The notes beneath the pieces were generated by a model. The model ran no database searches, was not told the DNA's origin, and was given only the letters and a program-made list of their open reading frames with translations. The position numbers and the translations under genes are program-made. Shown here in pieces: positions 12,775-25,550 of a DNA stretch of 64,000 bases. How positions within the stretch are numbered: position 1 is the first letter of the stretch; every line of letters begins with the position of its first letter. Source of the DNA: Mobula hypostoma (lineage: Eukaryota). The DNA lies in NCBI RefSeq assembly GCF_963921235.1, contig NC_086097.1, forward strand, positions 123,754,001-123,818,000, written 5' to 3'.

Positions 12775-13590
12775 AGTTCAAAGTAAATTTAATATCAAGC
12801 TATGTATATGTCAACATATACAGCCCTGAGATTCATTTTCTTGTAGGAATACTCAATAAATCCAGAATAGAATCAATGAAAGACCACATCATCTTGATAT
12901 TCAACTGGTGTGTGCAAAAGACACAAACTGTATAAATACAAAAAGAAATAAATAATTAATAAATAAGCAAGAAATATCAAGAACATGGGATGAAGAGTCC
13001 TTGAACACAAGTTCCATGAGTTGTGGGAACATTTCAATGATGAAGTGAAGTTGAGTAAAGTTATCCCCTTTGGTTCAAGAGCATGATGGCTGAGGGGTAA
13101 TAACTGTTCCTAAACCTGCTGGTGTGAGTCCTGAGGCTGCTGTACCTTCTTCCTGATGGAAGCAGTGAGAAGAGAGTAGACGTCTTAGATGGTGGGGGTC
13201 CCTGATGATGGATGCTGCTTTCCTTCAGCAATGTTTCATGTAGGAGTGCTCAATGCTGGGGAGGGTTTTATCCGTAAAGGACTAGACCATATCCACTGCT
13301 TTCTGTAGGATTTTCCATTCAAGGGCTTCCATACCCAGCTATGATGCAACCAATTAATATACTTTCCACGACACATCTATGGAAGTTTGTCAGAGTTTTA
13401 GATTTCCCACCAAATCTTCTGAAGCTGCCATGCTTCCATCGTAATTGCACTTGCATGCTGTGCCCAGGACAGGTCCTCCAAACTAATAACACCAATGAAT
13501 TTAAAGTTGCTGACCCTTGCCAATTCTGATCCTCCAATGAGGACTAGTTCATTCGTCTCTGGTTTCCTCCTCCTGAAGTCAATAATTATT
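12775..13590 (-). mobile_element. Rex1/Babar-type LINE 3' fragment
   Basis: ORF 13319-13537 contains KTLTNFHRCVVESILIGCI, and the 3' UTR is shared with other copies (ttcattttcttgtagg). Confidence 0.75.
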
Positions 13591-14951
13591 TCTCAGCACA
13601 CTTGTGTAATCTTTGTGCATCAGTGGTGTGACCACACTAAGTGATGCTTGCTTTAAAGAATTCACAGTTGTCACGTTGTATTCTGAGCCCATAGTCTTCT
13701 AATCTTTTCAATACTGTCTTGAGATTTTGGAGCACCCCACTAAGGAGCACCAGGCCCTTGTCTCCAACACCATCACCAACCTTATCCGCTCAGGGGATCT
13801 CCCATCCACTGCCACCAACCTTATGTTTCCTACACTCCGCACTTCCCGTTTCTACCTCCTACCCAAGATTCACAAACCTGCCTGTCCAGGTAGACCTATT
13901 GTCTCAGCTTGCTCCTGCCCCACCAAACTCATTTCTGCATACCTCGACACTGTTTTATTCCCTATTGTTCAATCCCTTCCCACCTATGTTTGTGACACTT
14001 CTCACGCTCTGAATTTTTTCAATGATTTTAAGTTCTCTGGCCCCCACCGCCTTATTTTCACCATGGATGTCCAGTCCCTATATACCTCCATCCCCCACCA
14101 GAAAGGTCTCAAAGCTCACCGCTTCTTTTTGGATTCCAGACCTAACCAGTTCTCCTCTACCACCACTCTCCTCCGTCTAGTGGAATTAGTCCTTACTCTT
14201 AATAATTTCTCCTTTGGCTCCTCCCACTTCCTCCAAACTAAAGGTGTAGCCATGGGCACCCGTGTGGGTCCTAGCTATGCCTGCCTTTTTGTTGGCTTTG
14301 TGGAACAGTCCATGTTCCAAGCCTGTACTGGTACCCATGCCCCACTTTTCCTTCGCTACATCGACGACTACATTGGCGCTGCTTTCTGCACGCATGCTGA
14401 GCTCGTTGACTTCATTAACTTTGCCTCCAACTTTCACCCTGCCCTCAAATTTACCTGGTCCATTTCCAACACCTTCCTCCCTTTTCTTGATCTTTCTGTC
14501 TCTATCTCTGGAGACAGCTTATATACTGATGTCTACTACAAGCCTACGGACTCTCACAGCTACCTGGACTATTCCTCTTCCCACCCTGTCTCTTGCAAAA
14601 GTGCCATCCCCTTTTTGCAATTCTCCGTCTCCGCCACATCTGCTCCCAGGATGAGGCATTTCATTCCAGGACAAAGAGATGTCCTCCTTTTTTAAAGAAA
14701 GGGGCTTCCCTTCCTCCACCATCAACTCTGCTCTCAAACGCATCTCACCCAATTCATGCACATCGGCTCTCATCCCATCCTCCCGCCATCCCACTAGGAA
14801 TAGGATTCCCCTTGTCCTCACCTACCACCCCACCAGCCTCCGGGTCCAACATATAATTCTCCGTAACTTTCACCACCTCCAATAGGATCCCACCACCAAG
14901 CACCTCTTTCCCTCCCCTCCCCTTTTGCTTTCTGCAGGGATCACTCCCTAC

Positions 14952-15201
14952 GACATGTGTTGTGTCCTTGAGCAAGGCATTTAATCACACATTGCTCTGC
15001 GACGACACTGGTGCCAAGCTGTATGGGTCCTAATGCCCTTCCCTTGGACAACATTGGTGTCATGGAGAGGGGAGACTTGCAGCATAGGCAACTGCTGGCC
15101 TTCCATACAACCTTGCCCAGGCCTGCGCCTTGGAGAGTGAAGACTTTCCAGGCGCAGATCCATGGTCTCGCAAGACTAATGGAAGCCTTTATTATTTATT
15201 T
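14952..15201 (+). mobile_element. 5'-truncated tRNA-SINE (CORE-like box) inserted into Penelope
   Basis: tgtgtccttgagcaaggc box and (ttat)n tail, with the TSD actccctac at 14943-14951 and 15202-15210. Same family as 40261-40553. Confidence 0.85.
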
Positions 15202-15965
15202 ACTCCCTACACGACTCCCTTGTCCATTCGTCCCCCACATCCCTTCCCACCAATCTCCCTCCCGGCAATTATCCTTGTAAGCGGAGCGAGTGCTACATCT
15301 GCCCTTACGCTTCCTCCCTTACCACCATTCAGGGCCCCAGACAGTCCTTCCAGGTGAGGCGACACTTCACCTGTGAGTCGGTTAGTGTGATATACTGCGT
15401 CCTGTGCTCTCGGTGCGGCCTTCTGTATAGTGGTGAGACCTGACGCAGACTGGGAAACCGTTTCGCTGAACACCTACACTCTGTCTGCCAGAGAAAGCAG
15501 GATCTCCCAGTGGCCACACATTTTAATTCCACGTCCCATTCCCATTCTGTCATGTCTACCCACGGCCTCCTCTACTGTCAAGATGAAGCCACACTCACGT
15601 TGGAGGAACAACACCTTATATTCCGTCTGGGTAGCCTCCAACCTGATGGCATGAACATTGATTTCTCTAACTTCCATTAATGCCCCTCCTCCCCTTCTTA
15701 CCCCATCCCTTATTTATTTATTTATTTATTTATTTATTATTTTCTTCCCTTTTTTCTCTCTCTGTCCCTCTCACAATAACTCCTTGCCTGCTCTCCATCT
15801 TCCTCTGGTGCTCCCCTATCTCCCTTCTCCAGCTCTGTATCCCTTTTGCCAATCAACTTTCCAGTTCTTAGCTTTTTCCCTCCCCTTCCTGTCTTCTCCT
15901 ATCATTTCGGATCTCCCCCTCCCCCTTTCTTTCTTCCAAATCTCTTACTATCTCTTCTTTCAGTT

Positions 15966-16001
15966 AGTCCTGACGACGGGTCTCGGCCCGAAACATCGAC
16001 T
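15966..16001 (+). ncRNA. Minimal hammerhead ribozyme motif (variant)
   Basis: AGUC CUGACGA C GGGU CUCG GCCC GAAA CAUC GACU. The ACGU palindrome has changed to ACAU. Confidence 0.6.
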
Positions 16002-16059
16002 GTACCTCTTCCTAGAGATGCTGCCTGGCCTGCTGCGTTCACCAGCATTTTGTGTGTGT

Positions 16060-16880
16060 TCCTTGGTATTTTGGAGATGTTACTCATCATCCTCACTGGT
16101 AACAATGATGTCATCCAGGTTACACTGAGTAGACTTGCAGAACCTGGTCCATAGCTTTCTGCCAGAGTGCATGTATAGATGCTACTCCAAAAAATAAGCC
16201 TATTATAGCAATAAAGCCTTTGTGAGTGTTTATGGTGAGAAACATTTAGATTTCTTCCCACTCCATCTGTAGATAGGCCTCAGCTAAGTCCACTTTGCTG
16301 AATTATTTTCCTCCAGAAAGATATCCTCTATCCTGGGTAGAGTGATTTCAAACTACTTCCATTAATGATGGGGACCTTAAAATCATCACAGATGCTAACA
16401 GACACATTCTTCTTGGCTACTGGGACCACTGGCATTTCCCTTTGTCTCCACTCAACCTTGGAAAGAATTCCTTCAACCTCTATGCAATCTAGCTCACTGA
16501 CTACTTTGTCACGGATGGAATAACTAACCTGATGGGCTTTATGAAACTTGGGTGTGGAATTTTCATTTAACACTATTTTACCCTTGTTATGGTTGAGTTT
16601 TCCAATGCCATCCTTGAACACTACCGTAGCATCATCTTAATTTGGTTTCAGTTAGCTCTGTTACAGAAGATGTTGCATGCAAATAGTAGCTGGATCTCCA
16701 TTCAAGTTATAGTTGTCTCAACCACTTATGGCTCCACAATGTTGGAGCCATTTTTGAATGCTTTCCAGTAAGATTCCACAAACTAAACAATCTCTCAGTG
16801 CATCATTACTAAACTGACTATTCACAGACAATCTCTTCAAATCAGCTAAGTAAGCTGAAATGGACTTTCATTTTGGTTCT
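16060..16880 (-). mobile_element. Gypsy LTR-retrotransposon internal fragment (gag/RT N-terminus), degenerate
   Basis: ORF 16328-16621 (PKFHKAHQVSYSIRDKVVSELD..EGILSKVE..PVVPVAKK..SICDDFK) matches the Gypsy RT start. Gag-like SAYLADLKRL..ALRDCLVCG lies near 16770-16860. Confidence 0.8.
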
Positions 16881-17149
16881 AATCAAGCAGTATATTTACA
16901 ATATTATTCAAACATTACTGAAGTATTAAATGTAGAAATATGAAAATTGTATTGGGCTTCTGAAAATCAAATAATTATCTTTGAAAGCACATGTTCACTT
17001 CCTGAGTGGTGACTCTGTTGAGATATTGTACGGTAACTTTAGAATAAGAGGCAAAAGCTACAGTAATGCCAAACCCAATTTCCAGTTTGGTACCATATCC
17101 TGGTTTTCCTTCCCCTTCTAACTCAGCTGGCCATCTGCTTGCTATTCAT

Positions 17150-17400
17150 GAACAGAGATGGGGAGGAATTTCTTTAGCCCGATGTGAATCTGTTGAATTC
17201 ATTGCCAGAGACATTGTGGAGACCAAGTCATTGGATATACTTAAAGTGGTGATCGATAGGTTCTTGATTAGTAAGGGTGTCAAAGGTTATGGGTGAAGGT
17301 AGGAGAATGGAGTTGAGGGATAATAAATCAACATGATGGCATGTGTAACAAATTTAATTGCCCAAATGGCTTAATTTTGTTCTTATGTTTTTATGGTGTT
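17150..17400 (+). mobile_element. CR1 LINE 3' end
   Basis: ggaggaatttctttagcc...gatcgataggttcttgattagtaagggtgtcaaaggttatggg, a CR1-type 3' end. Confidence 0.75.
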
Positions 17401-18054
17401 GTGTAGGGCCGGGTGCACAGATCAATTTCCCTGCTGTCTTTTCTGGTTTGTTGTTTATTTTGTGATACCAGCATAGCGATAGAAGTGATGCTGAGGTCAG
17501 TAAATACTAGAATTGGCTTGGATGTCGCCTCTCTTCTCCAAATTCCGTCTTGATCTTGCTGTAGCTTCACATATTTCTGTAGCTATGTAGTGCCGTACTC
17601 CTGTTTGGTGCAAGGAATCCTGTGGAAAATATTTGTTATTTAATTACTCGGATCCTTTTGGAAAAAGCAAGTTAGAGTAGAAGTGAGTGAAAATCCACCA
17701 CAAATATTCTAACTAAATACTGCCCATTGTGTGAATACAGTTTAATTTACCTCAAAACTGGATTTGAGTTAATTACTTAAAGAAGAGTTTTTATTTTGTT
17801 TAACATCAGAATGATATATTTTAATGTGTTTTATTTTTGTTCTCCATTTACAGTGTTTGGTCTTGATTTAAATTAGCCTTTTTCTTTATTATGGAATTCT
17901 ACAATAGAAAACGACCCTTACTGCTCATAAACATGAGATTCTGCAGATGCTGGAAATCTAAAGTAACACACACACACACACAGGTGCTATATATTTGACC
18001 CTTTTTTGCCACCCTCTCCGATAGTTAGTAGGAACTTAAGCATTTGTGTTGAGA

Positions 18055-21000
18055 ATCTGCAGAGAGCCGATGGGGTAACATCTTTTTGAACTTGCTCCTA
18101 CTTTATCTATCTTCTTGTCTCCTACCAGTTTTTTGAAACCTTATTATAAATCTCAATATTGCTCTATTATGTCTATGAGAAAGACTAAAGCCTCTGCAAA
18201 AGAAAAAGAAGATGATTCTCCAACCACTTTGGAATCAATTGGAGATTTCCTTAAAAAGCAAAGAACAGAGCTTTCTGAGAAATTTCAACACCTTAACGTC
18301 AAGTTGGACCCTATTCAGCAAACTAATCGAACATGATAAGCGAATTAAGGACAATAAAGAAACTTTGTCGATACTGGAAGTGGACTTAGAAGACATGAGT
18401 AAGCTCTGTAAAAAATTATCATTATCTAATGAAAAATTAACAAAGAACATTACCAAGCTGGAAAGCAGAAGCAGAAGAACAATCTACGTATTCTGGGTCT
18501 TGAAGAATCAATTCAAGGTGCCCACCCCAAGGAGTTCTTTGCAAGCTTTCTGAAGCAGCTATTCCCTGATTTATTGCCGTCTGTGCCCAAGTTGGACCAC
18601 GCCCACCGGTCACTGGCCCCAAAACCAAAGTCGAGGGAGTGACCTAGGTCGGTTATTTTATGTTTTCATGAATTTCATACTAAGGAGCTTTTAATCCATC
18701 ATACCCATCGAGTAGGAATGATTGATTACAACAGGAAGATGATCAGATTCCTGGAAGATTATACGCCAGAGGTTATGGCTGAACATGCCAAGTATAAAGA
18801 GGTTATGTCGCTGTGTTATAACAAAGGGGTCTTAGAATCGTTCAGAAAAATGGTGTGCAGAAATGGCTGGGATCGGTTGAACACGCACAGAAGTTTTTGA
18901 AAGCAGAAGACTAATTACGTTCTATCTCTTACAAGAGCAATTATCTTTTTAATGTTGGATAGAATAAGGTTTTAATAAACTTAAGTTTTGACCGTTTATA
19001 TATCTTGCTTTTTGATATTTTCTTTGATTTTCTTTTATTACTTCACTTTTTTTTGAGGTTTTTCTATATTTTTTTGAATTTGTTAAAATGAATCCTCTTA
19101 TGTTTTGGATTTCTGATCTAAGTTTATTTTGTCTGTTTTCTCTTGGTAGGAACATAATAACCTTGAATGATTGGAGTTTTGTCAGCAGGATTTCTTTGGG
19201 AGGGTTGTCTTTAGGGATTAGCATGCCGACTGTCCTTTGGCTGGCTTTTTGACTTTGGGAGGGAGAGGGGGTGGGGTTTCTTTTTTCTTTTTTCTTTTTT
19301 CTCTGGAAGCTGGGTTGGGCTACCATCCAAATTTTCTGTTTGAGTACCGTATTTTATGGTTCGTTCTCTGGTTCTAATAATTTATGGTCAGATCTTTTAA
19401 CTCTTCTGTTAATTAGTATATAAAATGGATCGAAATATTAATTTACTTATTTTTAATGTGAAAGGGTAAAATCATCCTGTGAAATGGAATAAGATTTTTG
19501 CTTATATTAAAAAGTTAAGGGGCCCCATTATTTTTCTACAAGAAACGTATGTACGTAGTTGTGACAACGCACGCCTTTTTAATCGGTGGAGGGGTTTACA
19601 ATTTCATTCTTCATTCAGAGCAAAATCTCGAGGGCTCTTGATTTTTATAGACAATACAATTTCTTTTGTTCAACATAAAGTTGTCTCTGACCCTAATGGG
19701 CAATTTGTCATACTGTCAGGGAAACTAGATAATAAATTAATTGTATTTGCTAATATGTGCAATGTGGATGACCCGGGAATTTTTGAGCATTTCTTTTCAT
19801 TCTTGCCAGATTTGAGTCTTTATTCTTTAGTGATGGGAGGAGATTTTAATTGTTGTCTAGACCCAGTACTAGATTATTCTTCTCCTAAATCAGCCACACC
19901 TAATAAATCAGCTTTATTTATTCAATCATTTCTAATAAAATGTGATATTGTTGATGTCTGGCATTTTTTTCACCCGGCAGAAAGGGAGTATTCATTCTTC
20001 TCTCATGTCCATCATTCCAGTACCAGGATTGGATTTTTTTTTATTGATAGTGATTCCATTAGTTCGATCCATTGAATATAAAGAAATAGCTGTATCCGGC
20101 CACACTCCTGTATTTCTATCTTTAAATCTTCCTGATTTCACTCATATGAACAGACCCTGGCATTTTAATTTAACTTTGTTATCTGATAAGGACTTTCTAA
20201 AATTCCTGGAGAATCAAATTACTCTTTTTTTTGAAGAAAATGCGTTGGAAGAGACTTCTAGTCTTATCATTTGGGACGCTTTTAAGGCATATATTAGAGG
20301 ATGAATTATCTCCTATACTGCATATATTAAGAAAAAAGCTAATAAAGAGAGAACTGACTTAGTTAATCAATTAAAACAATTAGACCAGAAATATGCTTTG
20401 GCACCAGGCCCTGAACTATACAAAAGATTTACTGAAATTAAAACTAAATATGATCTTCTTATAATGTATCCAATTGAAAGCCAACTTTTAAAAGATGGAA
20501 GCTAATTCTATATACATGGAGAAAAAAACTGGTAAACTATTGGCTAATCAATTGAAGACCTTTATAGCTAAATGGCAAATTAAAGAAATTCGCAAAACCA
20601 ATGGTGATTTGACAACTGACCATTTCGAAATAAATGACACTTTGAGAAAATTTTATTCTAAACTGTATAGTTCAGATTTTGTTAATGATAATACTGCAGT
20701 GAACAAGTTTTTAGACCAATTAAATATTCCTGGACTTTCAGTTGCTAATCAAAAGCAGCTGGATCAACCTATTTCTCAGGAGGAAATCACTAAGGTTATA
20801 TGTTCATTGCATTCTGGAAAATCTCCAGGACCTGACGGATTTTCTGGAGAATTTTATAAGGCTTTTTCTTCATTGCTTATACCTTATTTATGCTCTACCC
20901 TTACTGATTCCTTCAAGGTGGGTAGGTTGCCACAGTCTTTTTATGAAGCTTCTATTTCGCTTATTCTTAAAAAGAATAAGAATCCCACTGAATGCTGTTC

Positions 21001-23735
21001 ATAGAGACCAACCTCTTTACTCAGTGTTGATGCTAAGATCCTATCTAAAGTTTTGGCCCGTAGACTCGAGAATATTAGACCTTCTATAGTATCTGATGAT
21101 CAGACAGGATTTATTAAAAATCGATATTCCTATTTTAATATACGGCAATTGTTAAATGTTATGCATTCTCCATCCAAGGAAGTATCGGAATGTGTGATTT
21201 CTCTGGATGCGGAGAAGGTTTTTGACCGAGTTGAATGGAACTACCTATTTAAAACCTTAGAAAAAAATTTAATATTGGGCCCAATTTTAACTTTGGATTA
21301 AATTACTTTACTTATCTCCCTCCACTCGGGTCCTTACTAACTTTCAGAATTCTAAACCAATTGAACTCCAACGTGGAACCAGACAAGGATGGCCGTTGAG
21401 CCCTTTGCTTTTTGATTTGGTATTAGAACCCTTAGCAATTGCCTTTGAAGAGTCTAAAGATATCACCGGTATCTTAAGGAAAGGTACTATTCATAAAGTT
21501 TCGCTTTATGCTGATGACCTATTGCTTTTTATATCTAATATTACAACTTCGTTGCCCTCTATGTTTCTTTTAATGACTAATTTTAGTCAGTTTTCAGGAT
21601 ATAAGTTGAATTTACATAAGAGTGAATTGTTTCCTTTAAATAATTTGATACCAACCAATGTTAACCTTCCTTTTAAAATTGTAAGAAAACAATTTACATA
21701 TTTGCGTGTAACAATCATTAAGAGTTATAAAGATCTATTCAAAGAAAATTTTCTAACCTTAGTGAATTATGTGAAAAAGAGGCTTTTTAATTGGTTTCCT
21801 CTCTCTTTATCATTAATTGGTCGGATTAATTCTATTAAAATAAATATTTTACCTAAATTTATATACCTTTTTCAAGCTGTACCTGTTTTTATTCCTAAGT
21901 CTTTTTTTGATTCTTTCAATTTGATTCTTTCTACCTATATATGGAAGAACAGAAAACCCCGATTAAATAAAGCCCATCTTCAAAAAATTAAAAAGAATGG
22001 AGGCCTTGCTCTACCCAATTTTAGGTTATATTATTGGGCAATTAACATACGAAATCTTACGTTCTGGTTATATTATATTAATTGTGAGGATTGTCCAATA
22101 TGGGTCTTTCTGGAAGCCAACTCTGTTACGAAATTTTCTATTAGATTAGATTAGATTATGAGGACATGCAGTCCTCTTTTATTGTCATTTAGTAATGCAT
22201 GCGTTAAGAAATGATACAGTGTTCCTCCAGAATGATATCACAGAAACACAAGACAAACCAAGACTAAAAAAACTGACAAAAAACACATAATTATAACATA
22301 CAGTTACAACAGTGCAAAGCAATACCATAATTTGATAAAGAACAGACCATGGGCACGGTAAAAAAAGGTCTCAAAGTCTCTTGAAAGTCCCATCATCTCA
22401 CACAGACGATAGAAGGAAGAGAAACTCTCCTCCTGCCATGAACCTCCAGCGCCGCAAACTTGCCGATGCAGCACCCTGGAAGCATCCCACCACAGCTGAC
22501 TCTTGAGTCCGTCCGAAAACATCGAGCCTCTGACCAGCCCTCCGACACCAAGCACCGAGCACCATCTCTACTGAGCGCTTCGACCCCGGCCCCGGCAACA
22601 GGCAATAGGCAAAGCCGAGGATTTGGGGCCTTCCCCTCTGGAGATTCTCAATCACAGTAGCAACGGCAGCGAAGCGGACATTTCAGAAGTTTCTCCAGAT
22701 GTTCGTCTGTGCTTCTCACGTCTGTCTCCATCAAATCAGGATTGTGCACGGTACCTACTTAACAAATATGATATCATTTTGCGTCACGCCGCCATCTTCT
22801 CCTCCCTACCTCTTCTCAGATCCTCTCTTCCTTTATCTTTAAATAAATTAACTGACAGTTTGGTGGTTAAACAACTTTGAGGATCTGGCTCCAGTTTAGA
22901 AAACATTTTGGTTTACTGAGATTTTCTCTTTCTAGTCCTATTTTTTCTAATTTTTTAAACCATCTATGACCGATTTGTCTTTTAGAGAATGGGATAGATT
23001 AGGCATTAAACAATTTCAGGATCTGTCTGATGGAGGGATTCTTTCTTTTGAGCAGTCCTCAGTGAAATACCTATCAAATACCCACATTTTTTGATATCTA
23101 CAGATTAGAGATTTTTTAAGATCCAAACTACATATATTTCCTACCAGCCTGGATAAGGACATAATAGATGTAATTTTTAATTTGAAACCTTTTGATAATG
23201 GCTCAATATCTTCTATTTATGGTCTGTTGTTTGGACTGAAAATGGCTCCTTTAGACAAAATTTAAAAAGATTGTGAAAAGGATTTACAGACTTCATTATC
23301 TGATGAGACCTGGAGGGCTATTTTCAAAATGGTTAATTCTTCATCATTATGTACTCGTCAGTCCCTCCTACAATTTAAAGTGGTACATAGGGCTCATATG
23401 TCTAAAGACAAGCTCTCTCGTTTATATCTCCTTATTGTGACTGATGTAATAATGAAGAGGCTTCATTAATTCATATGTTTTGGCCATGTTCGAGCCTTGA
23501 AAAATATTGGAAAGATGTATTCCAAACTTCTTCTGTACTTTTTAAAGTTAATTTTAAGCCCAATCCTTTGACTGCCTTATTTAGTGTTGTTGAGGAAAGA
23601 GCTGTAATTTTGGAGCCTTCTCATTTGCGGGTATTGGCTTTTATTTCTCTTATGGCGGGGGGGGGGAGTCTTGCTTAAATGGAAGGAGGTTGCCCCCCCC
23701 CCACACGTGTTCAATGGTTATGCAATGTTTATTGA
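18055..23735 (+). mobile_element. Near full-length L1 LINE (ORF1 + ORF2), inactivated by stops and frameshifts
   Basis: ORF1 remnants from ~18169 (coiled coil, LESRSRR, IRFLEDYT). ORF2 from ~19425 has the APE endonuclease (IIFLQET, GGDFN) and RT (GKSPGPDGF, SLDAEKVFDRVEW, SPLLF, SLYADD), with a Cys/His-rich C-terminus near 23430-23490. Confidence 0.93.
22141..22807 (-). mobile_element. Short non-autonomous retroelement with (TCTAA)n tail inserted in L1 ORF2
   Basis: Interrupts L1 ORF2. It has (ttaga)n at 22141-22157 and a GC-rich 5' end (ggaggagaagatggcggcg on the - strand). Confidence 0.7.
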
Positions 23736-23899
23736 ATGGGAAGAACAAGTACTCTTATTTCTTGTGGTAGGTTTACTATACATTCAGTGGACATTTTATT
23801 AGGTACAGCAGGTATCTAATAAAGTGGCCACTCAGTGTGTATGTTCATAGTCTTCTGTTGCTGTAGCCCAATGTGTTCAATGTGTTGTCCATTCCGACA

Positions 23900-25235
23900 T
23901 GACCAGTGAGTCTTACTTCAGTGGTTGGTAAGTTGATGGAGAAGATCCTGAGAGGCAGGATTTATGAACATTTGGCGAGGCATAATATGATTAGGAATAG
24001 TCAGCATGGCTTTGTGAAAGGCAGGTTGTGCCTTACGAGACTGATTGAATTTTTTGAGGATGTAACTAAACACATTGATGAAGGTAGAGCAGTAGATGTA
24101 GGGTATATGGATTTCAGCAAGGCATTTGACAAGGTACCCCATGCAAGGCTGATTGAGAAAGTAAGGAGGCATGGGATCCAAGGGGATATTGTTTTGTGGA
24201 TCCAGAACTGGCTTGCCTACAGAAGGCAAAGAGTAGTTATAGATGGGCCACATCCTGCATGGAGGTCGGTCACCAGTGGTGTGCCTCAGGGATCTGTTCT
24301 AGGGACCCCTACTCTTTGTGACCTGGATGAAGAAGTGAAGGGACGGGTTAGTAAATTTCGTGATGACACAAAGGTTGGAGGTATTGGGGATAGTATGGAG
24401 GCTGTCAGAGGTTACAGCGGGACATTGATAGGTTGCAAAACTGGGCTGAGAAGTGGCAGATGGAGTTCAACCGAGATAAGTGTGAGGTGGTTCATTTTGG
24501 TAAGTCAAATATGATGTCAGAATATAGTATTAATGGTAAGATTCTTGGCAGTGTGGAGGATCAGAGGAATCTTGAGGTTCGAGTCCACAGGACACTCAAA
24601 GCAGTTCCGCAGGTTGACTCTGTGGTTAAGAAAGCATACGGTCTATTGGCCTTCATCAATCGTGGGATTGAGTTTAAGAGCTGAGAGGTAATGTTGCAGC
24701 TATATAGGACCCTGGTCAGACCCCACTTGGTCAGTTCTGGTCGCCTCACTACAGGAAGGATGTGGAAACCATAGAAAGGGTGCAGAGGAGATTTACAAGG
24801 TTGCTGCCTGGATTGGGGAGCATGCCTTATGATAATAGGTTGAGTGAACTCGGCCTTTTTTCCTTGGAACGATGGAGGATGAGAGGTGATCTGATAGAGG
24901 TTTAAGATGATGAGAGGCATTGACCGTGTGGATAGTCACCGGCTTTTTCCCGGGGCTGAAATGGCTAGCACGAGAGGACACAGTTTTAAGGTGCTTGGAA
25001 TTGGGTACAGAGGAGATGTCAGGCGTAAGTTTTTTACCCAGAGAGTGGTGAGTGCGTAGAATGGGCTGCCAGCAGCTGTGATGGTGGGGGAATACGATAG
25101 GTTCTCTTAAGAGGTTCCTGGACAGGTGCTAGGAGCTCAGAAAAATACAGGGCTATGGGTAACGCTAGGACATGTTTGGCACAGCTTTGTGGGCCGAAGG
25201 GCCTGTATTGTGCTGCGGGTTTTCTATGTTTCTAT
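23900..25235 (+). mobile_element. CR1 LINE, 5'-truncated (RT and 3' end)
   Basis: ORF 23906-24514 contains SLTSVVGKLME, SQHGF, YMDFSKAFDKV and SGVPQGSVLG. The tail is tctatgtttctatg. Confidence 0.92.
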
Positions 25236-25550
25236 GATTTTCTGCACACCACTGTTGCAAATATCTGGTTATTTGTGTTACTGCCACCTTCCTGTCAGCT
25301 TGAACAAGTCTGGCCATTCTACTCTGTACTTTCTCATTCACAAGGGATTTTTGCCCACAGAACTGTTGTGTGTGAAAATCCAGGAGATCAGCATTTTCTG
25401 ACATATTCAAACCACTCCATCTGGCACCAACAAACATTCTATGGTCAAAGTCACTTAGATAATTTTAATTCCCATTCTGAAGTTTGTTCTGAACAACAAT
25501 GGGACCCCTTAACTATGTCTGCATGCTTTTATGCATTGAGTTGTTGCCAC

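Larger units (their letters stand above)
13730..16058 (+). mobile_element. Penelope-like retroelement copy 2 (RT + GIY-YIG), 5'-truncated, interrupted by a SINE
   Basis: ORF 13727-14695 is an RT closely matching the 5730-7940 copy. The GIY-YIG region lies at ~15350-15680 and the pLTR end with hammerhead motif at 15966-16001. Confidence 0.95.

Noticed and set aside
15658..16154. Hydrophobic ORFs of 102-156 aa
   Set aside because: Translations of the pyrimidine-rich Penelope pLTR and (ATTT)n microsatellite.
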